Below are positions 19,391 through 28,023 of a DNA stretch of 64,000 nt, in pieces. The DNA lies in assembly GCA_963666345.1 (NCBI GenBank), contig OY762721.1, positions 1,952,001 to 2,016,000 of the forward strand. The letters are read 5' to 3'. Source of the stretch: Desulfatiglandales bacterium. Its GTDB lineage: Bacteria; Desulfobacterota; DSM-4660; Desulfatiglandales; Desulfatiglandaceae. Position numbers and translations under genes: made by a program. Each line of letters begins with the position of its first letter. Positions within the stretch are counted from its first letter, which is position 1. The notes under the pieces are model-generated. The model ran no database searches. It worked only from the letters and a program-made list of their open reading frames with translations, and had not been told where the DNA came from.

Positions 19391-19486
19391 AACCTTTCGC
19401 TTTGCTTGACAAAACAGGATAAAAACGGATGTTTTTTACTCTGCCGACACTGGCATAGCAAAAGCTTCATTTGCTACTCAAAAGGT
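19391..19486. repeat. Structured repeat type A, copy 14 (abuts the stop codon of the upstream gene)
   Basis: ...CTTGACAAAACAGGATAAAAACGGATG...ACTCTGCCGACACTGGCATAGC...CAAAAGGT. Confidence 0.85.
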
Positions 19487-21081
19487 TACTGCAGGGAAGG
19501 ATATTTCTTGCCGCAGGCAGGGCAGGTCTTGTCTTTATTCAGGGTCTCCCCGCATTCGCATACCCAGCCTTTATGGGTTGCCGGATTTCCGACCACAAGG
19601 GCATGATCGGGTACGTCCCTTGTTACCACGGCACCTGCGCCGATAAGAGAGTAACTGCCGATTGTAACCCCGCACACTACCGTGCAGTTGGCACCAAGGG
19701 TTGCCCCCTTCTTTACAAGGGTAGGCCTTGCCTGATCCATTTTACTAATCTCAGCCCTCGGATTGTACACATTGGTAAACACCATGCTGGGCCCGCAGAA
19801 CACCCCGTCTTCAAGGGTAACGCCCTTATACACGGATACGTTATTCTGTATCTTGCACCTGTTTCCTATTACCGCTTCAGGGCCTATGACCACATTCTGC
19901 CCTATATTGCACTGTCTGCCGACGCATGAGCCTGAAAGAAGATGAGAAAAATGCCATATCTTTGTTCCATCACCTATCTTGCAGTCCTGGTCAATAATAG
20001 AAGAGGGGTGCGCATAAAAGCCTTTTTCATCTTTATCGGCTGCCTGAATTTTCGCCTCTCTGCCCGCAGCCTCCACTTCTATCCTTCTGCCTCCATCATC
20101 GAGCGACATTTGAGAGCGGTTGAGCACCCTCAGGACCCTGAGGCCCTCTATCCCGTCTGTTACAGGGATCTTCCCGTTTGTGATGCAATCGATAAAATGT
20201 TCACACTCAAGCCTTAATGGTTCCGCCTCCGCCATTTCAACCCTTTCAGGCATCCCCTTTTCAGGCACCGGAATATTTTTCTCCCAGTTTATCTTGTGCG
20301 GATAGAGAAGCAGTTTGTCCTTCCAGGGTTGGGTGTCGTCAAAAACCGCCATTTTTTTGTCCCCCACAACTACCAGTTTCTGCTCTTTAAAGGGGTGAAG
20401 CCAGGAGACAAATATGTGCGCCTTCAGGCCTGAGGGAAACTCAAGGTGCGTGGTGGTGACATCCGCGATCTTCTTGTGAAGGTAGTTTCCGCCTGTGGCT
20501 GAAACCGCGTCAGGCGTTTCTCCTGCAAGGGAAAGGATCATGGATATGTCATGGGGTGCAAAAGACCAGAGGATGTTTTCTTCCCGCCTGATCTTTCCCA
20601 GGTTAAGCCTGTTTGAATATATATAGTTGATCCGGCCAAGCTCGCCACCTGAAGCAAGCTCCTTGAGTCTTATAAAGGCTGGATGGTGCTGCAGCAGGTG
20701 CCCTACCATCAGGACAAGGCCCTTATCTTCGGCAATAGAGATAAGTTCTTCGGCCGCATTTTCATCAAGCACAAGCGGTTTTTCAACATACACATGCCTT
20801 CCAGCCAGAAGCGCCTCCCTTGCCAGGTTATAATGGGTCTCGGCAGGGGTGGCAATAACCACTCCTTTTATATCTTCCCTTGAGATCACTTCATTTAAGG
20901 CGATGCAGGTATCTATGTCAGGATAGTTTTTCCTGAACTGGGCCAGGGTCTCTTCGTTTCTGTCACAGATAAGCCTCAGGGAACCGAGTTGATAGTAATT
21001 TCTTACAAGATTTTTCCCCCAGTAGCCGCTTCCAATAACTGCGATGCCCGGTCTTTTTTTATCTGCCGTGCCTTTGTCCAA
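19486..21081 (-). CDS. Gfo/Idh/MocA oxidoreductase fused to hexapeptide N-acetyltransferase (WbpB-WbpD-like)
   Basis: [13 protein letters not shown] in N-half; [45 protein letters not shown] in C-half. Confidence 0.88.
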   Translation of the reverse strand: MDKGTADKKRPGIAVIGSGYWGKNLVRNYYQLGSLRLICDRNEETLAQFRKNYPDIDTCIALNEVISREDIKGVVIATPAETHYNLAREALLAGRHVYVEKPLVLDENAAEELISIAEDKGLVLMVGHLLQHHPAFIRLKELASGGELGRINYIYSNRLNLGKIRREENILWSFAPHDISMILSLAGETPDAVSATGGNYLHKKIADVTTTHLEFPSGLKAHIFVSWLHPFKEQKLVVVGDKKMAVFDDTQPWKDKLLLYPHKINWEKNIPVPEKGMPERVEMAEAEPLRLECEHFIDCITNGKIPVTDGIEGLRVLRVLNRSQMSLDDGGRRIEVEAAGREAKIQAADKDEKGFYAHPSSIIDQDCKIGDGTKIWHFSHLLSGSCVGRQCNIGQNVVIGPEAVIGNRCKIQNNVSVYKGVTLEDGVFCGPSMVFTNVYNPRAEISKMDQARPTLVKKGATLGANCTVVCGVTIGSYSLIGAGAVVTRDVPDHALVVGNPATHKGWVCECGETLNKDKTCPACGKKYPSLQ

Positions 21082-21251
21082 TTTTTTCTGTCCCCTTTTT
21101 CAATTCACCTATCAGGCTGTTGATTAATATTTTATCTTTTTTTATCCACAGAAGCGGCATGAAGATACACCTCCGGTCCTTCGGTTACACCGATTAAACA
21201 GCATAGCATTCTGATATAACTAATAATTCAGTCAAACAGCCCTTGAAATCA

Positions 21252-21830
21252 TCACCAGAGCTTTATCAACCTTTCAGGGCTTATCCCCGCCTTTTCACTG
21301 AAGGCCTGGATATCTCCCGCGTTCTCATCAAATATGAGGACAGCGTCAAAGTTGTCGTTGTCAAAATCCGCAAGCGCCTCAAGGCTTTCGCATCTGCCCA
21401 CAATATACATATTCAAAGATTTATCCTTTATCAGGGAAATAAGGCAGTCCCGCACAATTTGAGGCCCGACAAAGACAAAGCGCTCATGTCCACTATCTTC
21501 AAGCGGGAACAGTTTTTCCGCAAGCCTTTGCCTGAGAAGGTTGTATTCCTTGAGTTTTGAAATGACAAATCTGACCGCAAGCCTTGACTTGGTTTCAATG
21601 CCTTTTGGGGTGAGCAGATACGCATAGCCTATCTTGTGAGGGCTTTTTTTGAAGTTGCCTATCTTTACAAGGCCTTTTTCCAAAAAACTTTTGAGAAGAA
21701 AATTTACCTTCCCCAGACTCATGCCGGAGCATTCCGCAAGCTGCCGCTGGGAGGTTATCTCCTCCGAGTCGAGTGCGTCAAGCAACCGGAAATCCCGCTC
21801 AGAATGCCTTACCGGAGAATCTTCCTGCAT
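21252..21830 (-). CDS. EPS-associated MarR-family transcriptional regulator with C-terminal extension
   Basis: SQRQLA..GMSLGKVNFLLK..EKGLVKIGNF...YAYLLTPKGI. Confidence 0.85.
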   Translation of the reverse strand: MQEDSPVRHSERDFRLLDALDSEEITSQRQLAECSGMSLGKVNFLLKSFLEKGLVKIGNFKKSPHKIGYAYLLTPKGIETKSRLAVRFVISKLKEYNLLRQRLAEKLFPLEDSGHERFVFVGPQIVRDCLISLIKDKSLNMYIVGRCESLEALADFDNDNFDAVLIFDENAGDIQAFSEKAGISPERLIKLW

Positions 21831-21899
21831 AATATTTCAGCCACTTTTTAGAGGTTGGCCCTGATACACGAAACAAAAACAATACTGTAAAAGGCAAAT

Positions 21900-21948
21900 T
21901 GTTCACTGCTGAACATTATTCATACCCAGAACAAATCTTTTTTGTCAA
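21900..21948 (-). promoter_or_regulatory. Putative sigma70 promoter and operator of the MarR gene
   Basis: Perfect palindrome TGTTCA-ctgc-TGAACA (21900-21915); TTGACA on minus strand at 21943-21948. Confidence 0.55.
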
Positions 21949-21968
21949 GAGCAAATAGCACCTTATTC

Positions 21969-22154
21969 TGCACATTCTTATGTGCATTTATGCACAAAAA
22001 AATGTGCACTGAGCGGTTTCTTGACCCTGTTTCTCATTAACGGCTGAACCTGATTTTTCTTTAGCGGATTTCTCAATTACCTTTAAAAAAAGGGTAAGCG
22101 GGGTTCCCGCCCATCAATTTTTGCCTGCAGGATTCAGATTGGCACGCAAATTGA
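21969..22154 (+). promoter_or_regulatory. Tandem enhancer-like palindromes and sigma54-like -24/-12 element
   Basis: TGCACA-N6-TGTGCA at 21969-21986 and 21991-22008; TGGCACGCAAATTGA at 22140-22154. Confidence 0.5.
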
Positions 22155-22395
22155 AATAATATCAACAAGCTACAGAAAGATAAAAGACGTTTGCACAAAG
22201 GATGCCGCCTCCGATCAATTCCCAAATACGAAACCTGCTATTGCACGACTTGAAATTCCGAAACATGCTGAGCCAAGCTTGAGTACCCGCGCCGACACAA
22301 CTGTCTGGTGCTATTAATTACCGGAAGACCGCGGTACCCCCTTTTTGAGGGGTTTTATTGTCAAATTGAAAACCTCAAGCAAAGGAGAAAACAAG

Positions 22396-22671
22396 ATGAG
22401 AAAGATAAGAAAAGGCCTTGTCATAGGAATTTGTATTTCCCTTATACTTGCCTTTGCCTCCGTTTCAATTGCAGAGGAAAAGATCAATATCAACAGCGCC
22501 GGCCAGGAGCAACTCATGCAGCTTGAGAAGATCGGACCCAGCTATGCGGACAGGATCATCGAATACAGGGAAAAAAACGGCAAATTCGAAAAACCGGAAG
22601 ATATCCTCAAGGTCAAGGGGATCGGTCCCAAGACCTATGAACTGAACAAGGATCGGATAACGGTGAATTAG
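22396..22671 (+). CDS. comEA: ComEA-family helix-hairpin-helix DNA-binding protein
   Basis: Signal peptide, KININSA..EQLMQLEKIGPSYADRIIEYR..NGKF...VKGIGPKT; AGGAG RBS. Confidence 0.9.
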   Translation: MRKIRKGLVIGICISLILAFASVSIAEEKININSAGQEQLMQLEKIGPSYADRIIEYREKNGKFEKPEDILKVKGIGPKTYELNKDRITVN

Positions 22672-23102
22672 AGACTTTCACAAAATAGAGGAGAGAGGGA
22701 GGGGCGGATCTGAAAAACCTTGCCAGACTGCTTTTACCCCCTCTCCCACAGCAGGGGAAAAGGGAGTGAAGGGAATTATAAAGTTAAAATATAATTTACC
22801 CGGAGGATATCATGAAAAAACAGGCGGTTATTCTGGCCATGCTTTTGTTTCTTTTTCCGGCAGGGGTGACAGCCGGGAAGATAACCCTTTCATGCGAGGT
22901 ACTGGAGCCTTCTCCTGAAATCAAGGCCGTTGATCACGACCTTCAAAGTCTCAGGTATCTGCTCATTCATCACGCCAACAGCAAGGACTGTGAATCGGCA
23001 TGCAAAAATGACCCACCTATAGGGCGAATCGGCGTCCAAAATTGACCCACCCCTGAAAGCCTTCTATTCTGCTGTGACTATGGTAGAAGGAGGCGGAAAG
23101 GG

Positions 23103-24620
23103 ATGCTCACAGTGGAAACAATCCGTAAGATACGATTAGCTGTTCTCAGAGATGGCAAATCCATACGTCAGACAGCGAAGGATCTGCGCCTTAGCAAAAA
23201 TACAGTAAAAAAGGCGATAAGGAGCGGAGAAACATCTTTTCAGTACGAACGAAGCAACCAGCCAAGACCCAAGCTGGGGCCGTTTATAGACATGCTGAAA
23301 GGCTTTCTGGAAGAAGACGAGAAACTGCCCAAAAAACTGCGCAGGACAGCCCAGATACTTTTTGAAGAGCTGCAACTCAACGGCTACGAAGGTGGCTATG
23401 ACAGCGTACGGAGATATGTTCAAAGATGGCGCCAGGATCAAAGGAGCTTGCCAAAGGAGGTATTTATACCTTTGGTATTTGATCCTGCAGAAGCCTTTCA
23501 GTTTGACTGGAGTCATGAGTGGGTAGATCTGGACGGAAGCAGAGTAAAGGCAAAGGTTGCACATATAAGGTTATGTCACAGCCGCTACTTCCTTTGTATT
23601 GCCTACCCCAGAGAAACCCAGGAGATGGTGTTTGATGCCCATATCAGGGCCTTTGAGTTTTTTGGGGGAGTTTGCCGTAAAGGCATCTATGACAATCTCA
23701 AAACAGTGGTTAACAAGATCCTGGGAGGAAGGGAAAGACAGTTCAACAGCCGCTTCAGCCAACTGTGTTCCCATTATTTATTTGAACCGGTAAGCTGCAC
23801 CCCTGCTGCAGGTTGGGAAAAGGGTCAGGTGGAAAACCAGGTAGGTGTGGTCAGAAGGAGATTTTTCACTCCCCGAATCAAGGCCAGGGATTTCACACAC
23901 CTAAACGAGCTGCTTAGAGAACAATGCATCACCTGGGCAAAGACCCGTAAGCATCCAACAATATCTGATAAGACGGTTTGGCAGGTCTACAGTGAAGAGA
24001 GACCCTATCTGATAAATCTACCACCTCTCTTTGATGGATATGCACAACGTCCAGCCAGGGTTACCCCCAGCTCACTTGTAACCTATGACCGGAACCGATA
24101 CAGCGTTAATTGCAGCCAGGTGGGTAAAGCGGTCTATATGAGAGTATATGCCGATCGGATAGTGATAGTAAATAACGGTTGTATCGTAGGAGAGCATGAT
24201 AGGCATTTTGGAAAGAACAAGACTATTTTTAATCCCTGGCATTATGTCCCGGTCCTTGAACGTAAGCCCGGGGCTCTCCGTAATGGAGCCCCCTTTAAAG
24301 ACTGGCAACTTCCCGATCCTGTCGAAGGCGTCCTAAATGGGCTTCAAAACCGTTTTTCCGACTGGGACCGTCAGTTTGTGGCCATTCTAAATGCTGTTCC
24401 TTTCTACGGACTTGAGGCTGTAAGTAAAGCCTGTAAGGAGGCCCTAAAGATAAGGGCCGTAAGTAAAGAGGTGGTTCTCAATCTTTTAAACAGGGATCAG
24501 GATCAGGATTGCACGCCTGATTTGGGTATCCCCTCCCATCTGATTCTCAAGCAAGAGCCCATAGCAGACTGCCGCCGCTATGAACGTTTGGTAAGGGAGG
24601 GATACCATGCTGCGCAATGA
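23103..24620 (+). CDS. istA: IS21 transposase
   Basis: N-terminal [25 protein letters not shown]. Confidence 0.95.
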   Translation: MLTVETIRKIRLAVLRDGKSIRQTAKDLRLSKNTVKKAIRSGETSFQYERSNQPRPKLGPFIDMLKGFLEEDEKLPKKLRRTAQILFEELQLNGYEGGYDSVRRYVQRWRQDQRSLPKEVFIPLVFDPAEAFQFDWSHEWVDLDGSRVKAKVAHIRLCHSRYFLCIAYPRETQEMVFDAHIRAFEFFGGVCRKGIYDNLKTVVNKILGGRERQFNSRFSQLCSHYLFEPVSCTPAAGWEKGQVENQVGVVRRRFFTPRIKARDFTHLNELLREQCITWAKTRKHPTISDKTVWQVYSEERPYLINLPPLFDGYAQRPARVTPSSLVTYDRNRYSVNCSQVGKAVYMRVYADRIVIVNNGCIVGEHDRHFGKNKTIFNPWHYVPVLERKPGALRNGAPFKDWQLPDPVEGVLNGLQNRFSDWDRQFVAILNAVPFYGLEAVSKACKEALKIRAVSKEVVLNLLNRDQDQDCTPDLGIPSHLILKQEPIADCRRYERLVREGYHAAQ

Positions 24621-25338
24621 TATCATGGACCAGATGGAAAAACTAAAGTTGCGGGGTATGCAGTCCATTTATGATGAAGTTGTCTCCAATGGACGCAAGA
24701 GCCATTCAACGCCTGAAAAGGTAATCCTGGAACTGCTCAAGGCTGAAGCTGCCGAAAGATATATAAGGAGTATCCGATATCGTATGGGACAGGCCAGGTT
24801 TCCTGTCCTTAAAGATATCGATGGCTTTGATTTTAACGGGGCCTGTGTTGATGAAGCCCAGATTAGGTCTATTTATCAGGGTGATTTTATAGCCGAACAT
24901 ATCAACCTGATTTTTGTAGGTGGCACCGGTACGGGCAAAACCCATTTAGCCATAACTATAGCGGCCCAGGCCATAAGGAATGGCAGGAAGTGCAAGTTTT
25001 ATAACCTGGTGGATCTGGCAAATGAGCTTGAGCAGGAGAAAATGATTGGATTGGCCGGCAAAATCACAGCAAGACTACTTCGATTTGATCTTGTGGTCCT
25101 CGATGAACTGGGTTATCTGCCTTTTTCCAAAAACGGCAGTCAACTGCTCTTTCATCTTATATCAAAACTCTACGAACAGACATCCATAGTAATCACCACC
25201 AACTTGACCTTCGGTGAATGGCCCCAAGTCTTTGGAGATAAAAAAATGACTACGGCCATGCTTGATCGGTTGACTCATCATTGTGAAATTATAGAAACAG
25301 GTAACGAAAGCTGGAGAATGAAACACGCAGCTTCATAG
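24607..25338 (+). CDS. istB: IS21 helper AAA+ ATPase
   Basis: [27 protein letters not shown]. Confidence 0.95.
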   Translation: MLRNDIMDQMEKLKLRGMQSIYDEVVSNGRKSHSTPEKVILELLKAEAAERYIRSIRYRMGQARFPVLKDIDGFDFNGACVDEAQIRSIYQGDFIAEHINLIFVGGTGTGKTHLAITIAAQAIRNGRKCKFYNLVDLANELEQEKMIGLAGKITARLLRFDLVVLDELGYLPFSKNGSQLLFHLISKLYEQTSIVITTNLTFGEWPQVFGDKKMTTAMLDRLTHHCEIIETGNESWRMKHAAS

Positions 25339-25617
25339 ATAAAGAAGGGATCAACTACTCAACTATTTAACCATATTTTTTTCTCAGGGGTGGGTCAATT
25401 TTGGACGCCGATGATGGGTCAATTTTCAACGCCTATTGACACAAGGACAGGGAAACGCTTTCGAACTGGCTTAAAACCAGGCATGGGGCAAACGTGGAGT
25501 TTTTTATAGGGGGCAGAAGATACAGCGGCCTTCTGTGCCGCCTGGCAAACTGCTTCGGTCGCGGGATACTGATATTCAAGGCGGATGTAAGGCCTGAAAA
25601 AAGGGATATTATAGAGG

Positions 25618-26562
25618 TTATACTTCCGCCCTGAAAAACTCGACAGCCCTTTTAAGGCCCTCTTCAAGGCTCATGGCCGGCTCCCAATCAAGCCTTGATT
25701 TTGCAAGCGAAATATCAGGCCTCCTTTTGAGCGGATCATCCTGGGGAAGCTTTCTAAAGATTATCCCGGAACTGCTGCCGGTCAGCCTGATAACGGCCTC
25801 TGCCAATTTCAAAACCGTGATTTCATCCGGATTACCCAGGTTTACGGGACCGGTAAAATCATCAGGGGCCGCCATCATCCTGATAAGTCCTTCGATCATA
25901 TCGTCCACATAGCAGAAAGAACGGCTCTGGCTGCCGTCCCCGTACACGGTTATGTCCGCTCCGCTCAGGGCCTGGCAGATAAAATTGCTTACCACCCTGC
26001 CGTCGCTCGGATGCATCCTGGGCCCGTAGGTGTTGAATATACGCACGACCCTGATGTTGACCCCGTTCTGGCGGTGATAATCAAAAAAGAGGGTCTCGGA
26101 GCAGCGCTTCCCTTCATCATAACACGATCTGGGGCCTATGGTATTAACATTTCCCCAGTAGTCTTCCTTCTGCGGATGCACGTTCGGGTTGCCGTAGATT
26201 TCACTGGTAGAGGCCTGAAGGACCTTGGCCTTTACCCTCTTTGCAAGCCCCAGCATGTGGATCGCGCCCATAACGCTCGTCTTGGTCGTCTTAACGGGGT
26301 TGTACTGATAATGTATGGGAGATGCGGGGCATGCCATGTTGTAGATCTCGTCCACCTCCAGAAATATCGGTTGAACAAGATCGTGGCGAATGAGTTCAAA
26401 GTTTGATTTCCCCAAAAGATGGCTGATATTTTTCTTTGATCCGGTAAAAAAATTGTCCAGGCAGATAACATCGTTTCCTTCAGCCACAAGCCTGTCACAG
26501 AGATGAGAGCCCAGAAACCCGGCGCCCCCTGTAACCAGAATTCGTTTCTGTTTGTGAATCAT
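25618..26562 (-). CDS. UDP-glucuronate decarboxylase (UDP-xylose synthase-like)
   Basis: [37 protein letters not shown]. Confidence 0.92.
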   Translation of the reverse strand: MIHKQKRILVTGGAGFLGSHLCDRLVAEGNDVICLDNFFTGSKKNISHLLGKSNFELIRHDLVQPIFLEVDEIYNMACPASPIHYQYNPVKTTKTSVMGAIHMLGLAKRVKAKVLQASTSEIYGNPNVHPQKEDYWGNVNTIGPRSCYDEGKRCSETLFFDYHRQNGVNIRVVRIFNTYGPRMHPSDGRVVSNFICQALSGADITVYGDGSQSRSFCYVDDMIEGLIRMMAAPDDFTGPVNLGNPDEITVLKLAEAVIRLTGSSSGIIFRKLPQDDPLKRRPDISLAKSRLDWEPAMSLEEGLKRAVEFFRAEV

Positions 26563-26574
26563 ATCTGTTTATTC

Positions 26575-27975
26575 CTAATGCCTAGAAGGAGATAATTCAA
26601 AATGGGTAAGAGCCGGCCGTCCTATTGAAAAGACATTGAATCCGATCTCAAACAGCCTGCCATAATCAAGGATATTTCTTCCGTCAAATATAAAGGCCGG
26701 TTTTTTCATCCGGTCATATATTTTCTTGTAATCAAGCCTCCGGTAGACATCCCACTCGGTCATTACGGCAACGGCATCGCAACCATCTGCCGCCTCATAG
26801 GGATCAACGATATAGCTTATATCCTCTAAACCCTTAAGATCATCTTTCGCGTTTTCCAGGGCCTCAGGATCGGTAATAACAAGCCTTGCCCTTTCCTCGG
26901 CGAGCCTTTCGGCTATATATATGGCGGCGCTCTCCCTGGTATCTCCTGTGTCCGCCTTAAAGGCGAACCCGAACAGGCATATCTTTTTGTCAGTCAGCGT
27001 GTTGAACATGGAATTGAGCATGTTCAGGACGAAACGCTCCTTCTGATATTCGTTTATTTCTATAACGCCTTCCCAGTATCGACCCACGGTTTCAAGCCCG
27101 TAGTAGGTGCAAAGATATACAAGGTGCAGGACATCCTTTTTAAAACATGACCCGCCGAATCCGATACTCGCGTTGAGGAATTTGTTTCCAAGCCGGCTGT
27201 CCATGCCCACGGCCCTCGCCACCTCACTGACATTGGCGTTTGTCTTCTCACACAGGGCCGAAATGGAATTGATCGATGATATCCTCTGGGCCAGGAATGC
27301 GTTTGATACCAGTTTTGAAAGCTCACTGCTCCAGATACTGGAGCTTATTATCTTTTCCTTCGGCACCCAGTTAGCGTATATTCTGCACAGTTCATCTCTT
27401 GCCCTAAGGCCTGAAGGTGTTTCCCTTGATCCTATAAGGACCCTGTCGGGATTCTCAAGGTCCCTTATCGCGGTGCCTTCAGCCAGAAACTCCGGGTTTG
27501 AAAGCACATCAAAGTGCACGCCGTTTCGGTTTGAGGTAAGGATCCTCTCCATGGCCTCAGCAGTCTTTACAGGCAGGGTGCTCTTTTCAACTATGATCTT
27601 GGACGAATCGGAATTTTCCCTGATCTGACGGGCGGTCTTTTCCCAGTACTGCAGATCGGGTGCCATGCCCGCGCCGGCGCCATAGGTCTTGGTCGGCGTA
27701 TTTACACTCACAAAAATTATGTCCGACTCTCTGATTCCCGCCTCTATGTCCGTGCTGAAAAAAAGGTTCCTCCCCCTTGCCTCCATGACTATCTCTTTTA
27801 GTCCCGGCTCGTATATGGGAAGGGAATCGGAACTCCACTGCCTGATCCTGTCGGGATTTACATCAACGACCGTGACCTTATGGCCGGGGCACCTGTGGGC
27901 GATTACCGCCATTGTGGGCCCACCCACATAGCCTGCTCCGATACATAAGATTTTTTTTTCAAATATCTGGTTCAT
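26575..27975 (-). CDS. ugd: UDP-glucose 6-dehydrogenase
   Basis: [35 protein letters not shown]. Confidence 0.93.
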   Translation of the reverse strand: MNQIFEKKILCIGAGYVGGPTMAVIAHRCPGHKVTVVDVNPDRIRQWSSDSLPIYEPGLKEIVMEARGRNLFFSTDIEAGIRESDIIFVSVNTPTKTYGAGAGMAPDLQYWEKTARQIRENSDSSKIIVEKSTLPVKTAEAMERILTSNRNGVHFDVLSNPEFLAEGTAIRDLENPDRVLIGSRETPSGLRARDELCRIYANWVPKEKIISSSIWSSELSKLVSNAFLAQRISSINSISALCEKTNANVSEVARAVGMDSRLGNKFLNASIGFGGSCFKKDVLHLVYLCTYYGLETVGRYWEGVIEINEYQKERFVLNMLNSMFNTLTDKKICLFGFAFKADTGDTRESAAIYIAERLAEERARLVITDPEALENAKDDLKGLEDISYIVDPYEAADGCDAVAVMTEWDVYRRLDYKKIYDRMKKPAFIFDGRNILDYGRLFEIGFNVFSIGRPALTHFELSPSRH

Positions 27976-28023
27976 GATTTTTTCGGGTCCAAGGGGTCAA
28001 GGATTCAAGTTATGCTTAGGTTA

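Larger units (their letters stand above)
22989..25441 (+). mobile_element. Complete IS21-family insertion sequence (2453 bp)
   Basis: TG...CA ends, repeated subterminal GGCGTCCAAAATTGACCCA motifs at both ends, 7-bp target duplication CAAGGAC (22982-22988 and 25442-25448). Confidence 0.95.
22812..25634 (+). pseudogene. 120-aa exported hypothetical gene split by the IS21 insertion (22812-22988 joined to 25449-25634)
   Basis: Removing the IS and one TSD gives a continuous ORF ...LIHHANSKD|RETLSNWLKTRHGANVEFFIGGRRYSGLLCRLANCFGRGILIF...VILPP*. Confidence 0.8.

Noticed and set aside
8553..19486. CRISPR array
   Set aside because: Units are ~100 bp, degenerate, irregularly spaced and separated by whole genes; no cas genes in the window.
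8553..19486. Canonical integron with attC sites
   Set aside because: Some copies end in GTTAAAC on the sense strand, but others end GCTAA, GCAAA or GTCAA. The element is not a full-length palindrome and no tyrosine recombinase is in the window. Kept only as an analogy.
8759..19606. Short ORFs such as 8759-9016, 9391-9660, 10394-10774, 11575-11796, 16947-17138, 17472-17663 and 19406-19606 sharing LLCQHRQSK or LPMLAEQ peptides
   Set aside because: They are translations of the non-coding repeat in varying frames and strands, without consistent starts or lengths.
21900..21915. Shared GTTCACTGC between the MarR palindrome and the repeat's left arm
   Set aside because: Nine-base match only; in the repeat it is a variable direct repeat rather than the palindrome, so likely chance.
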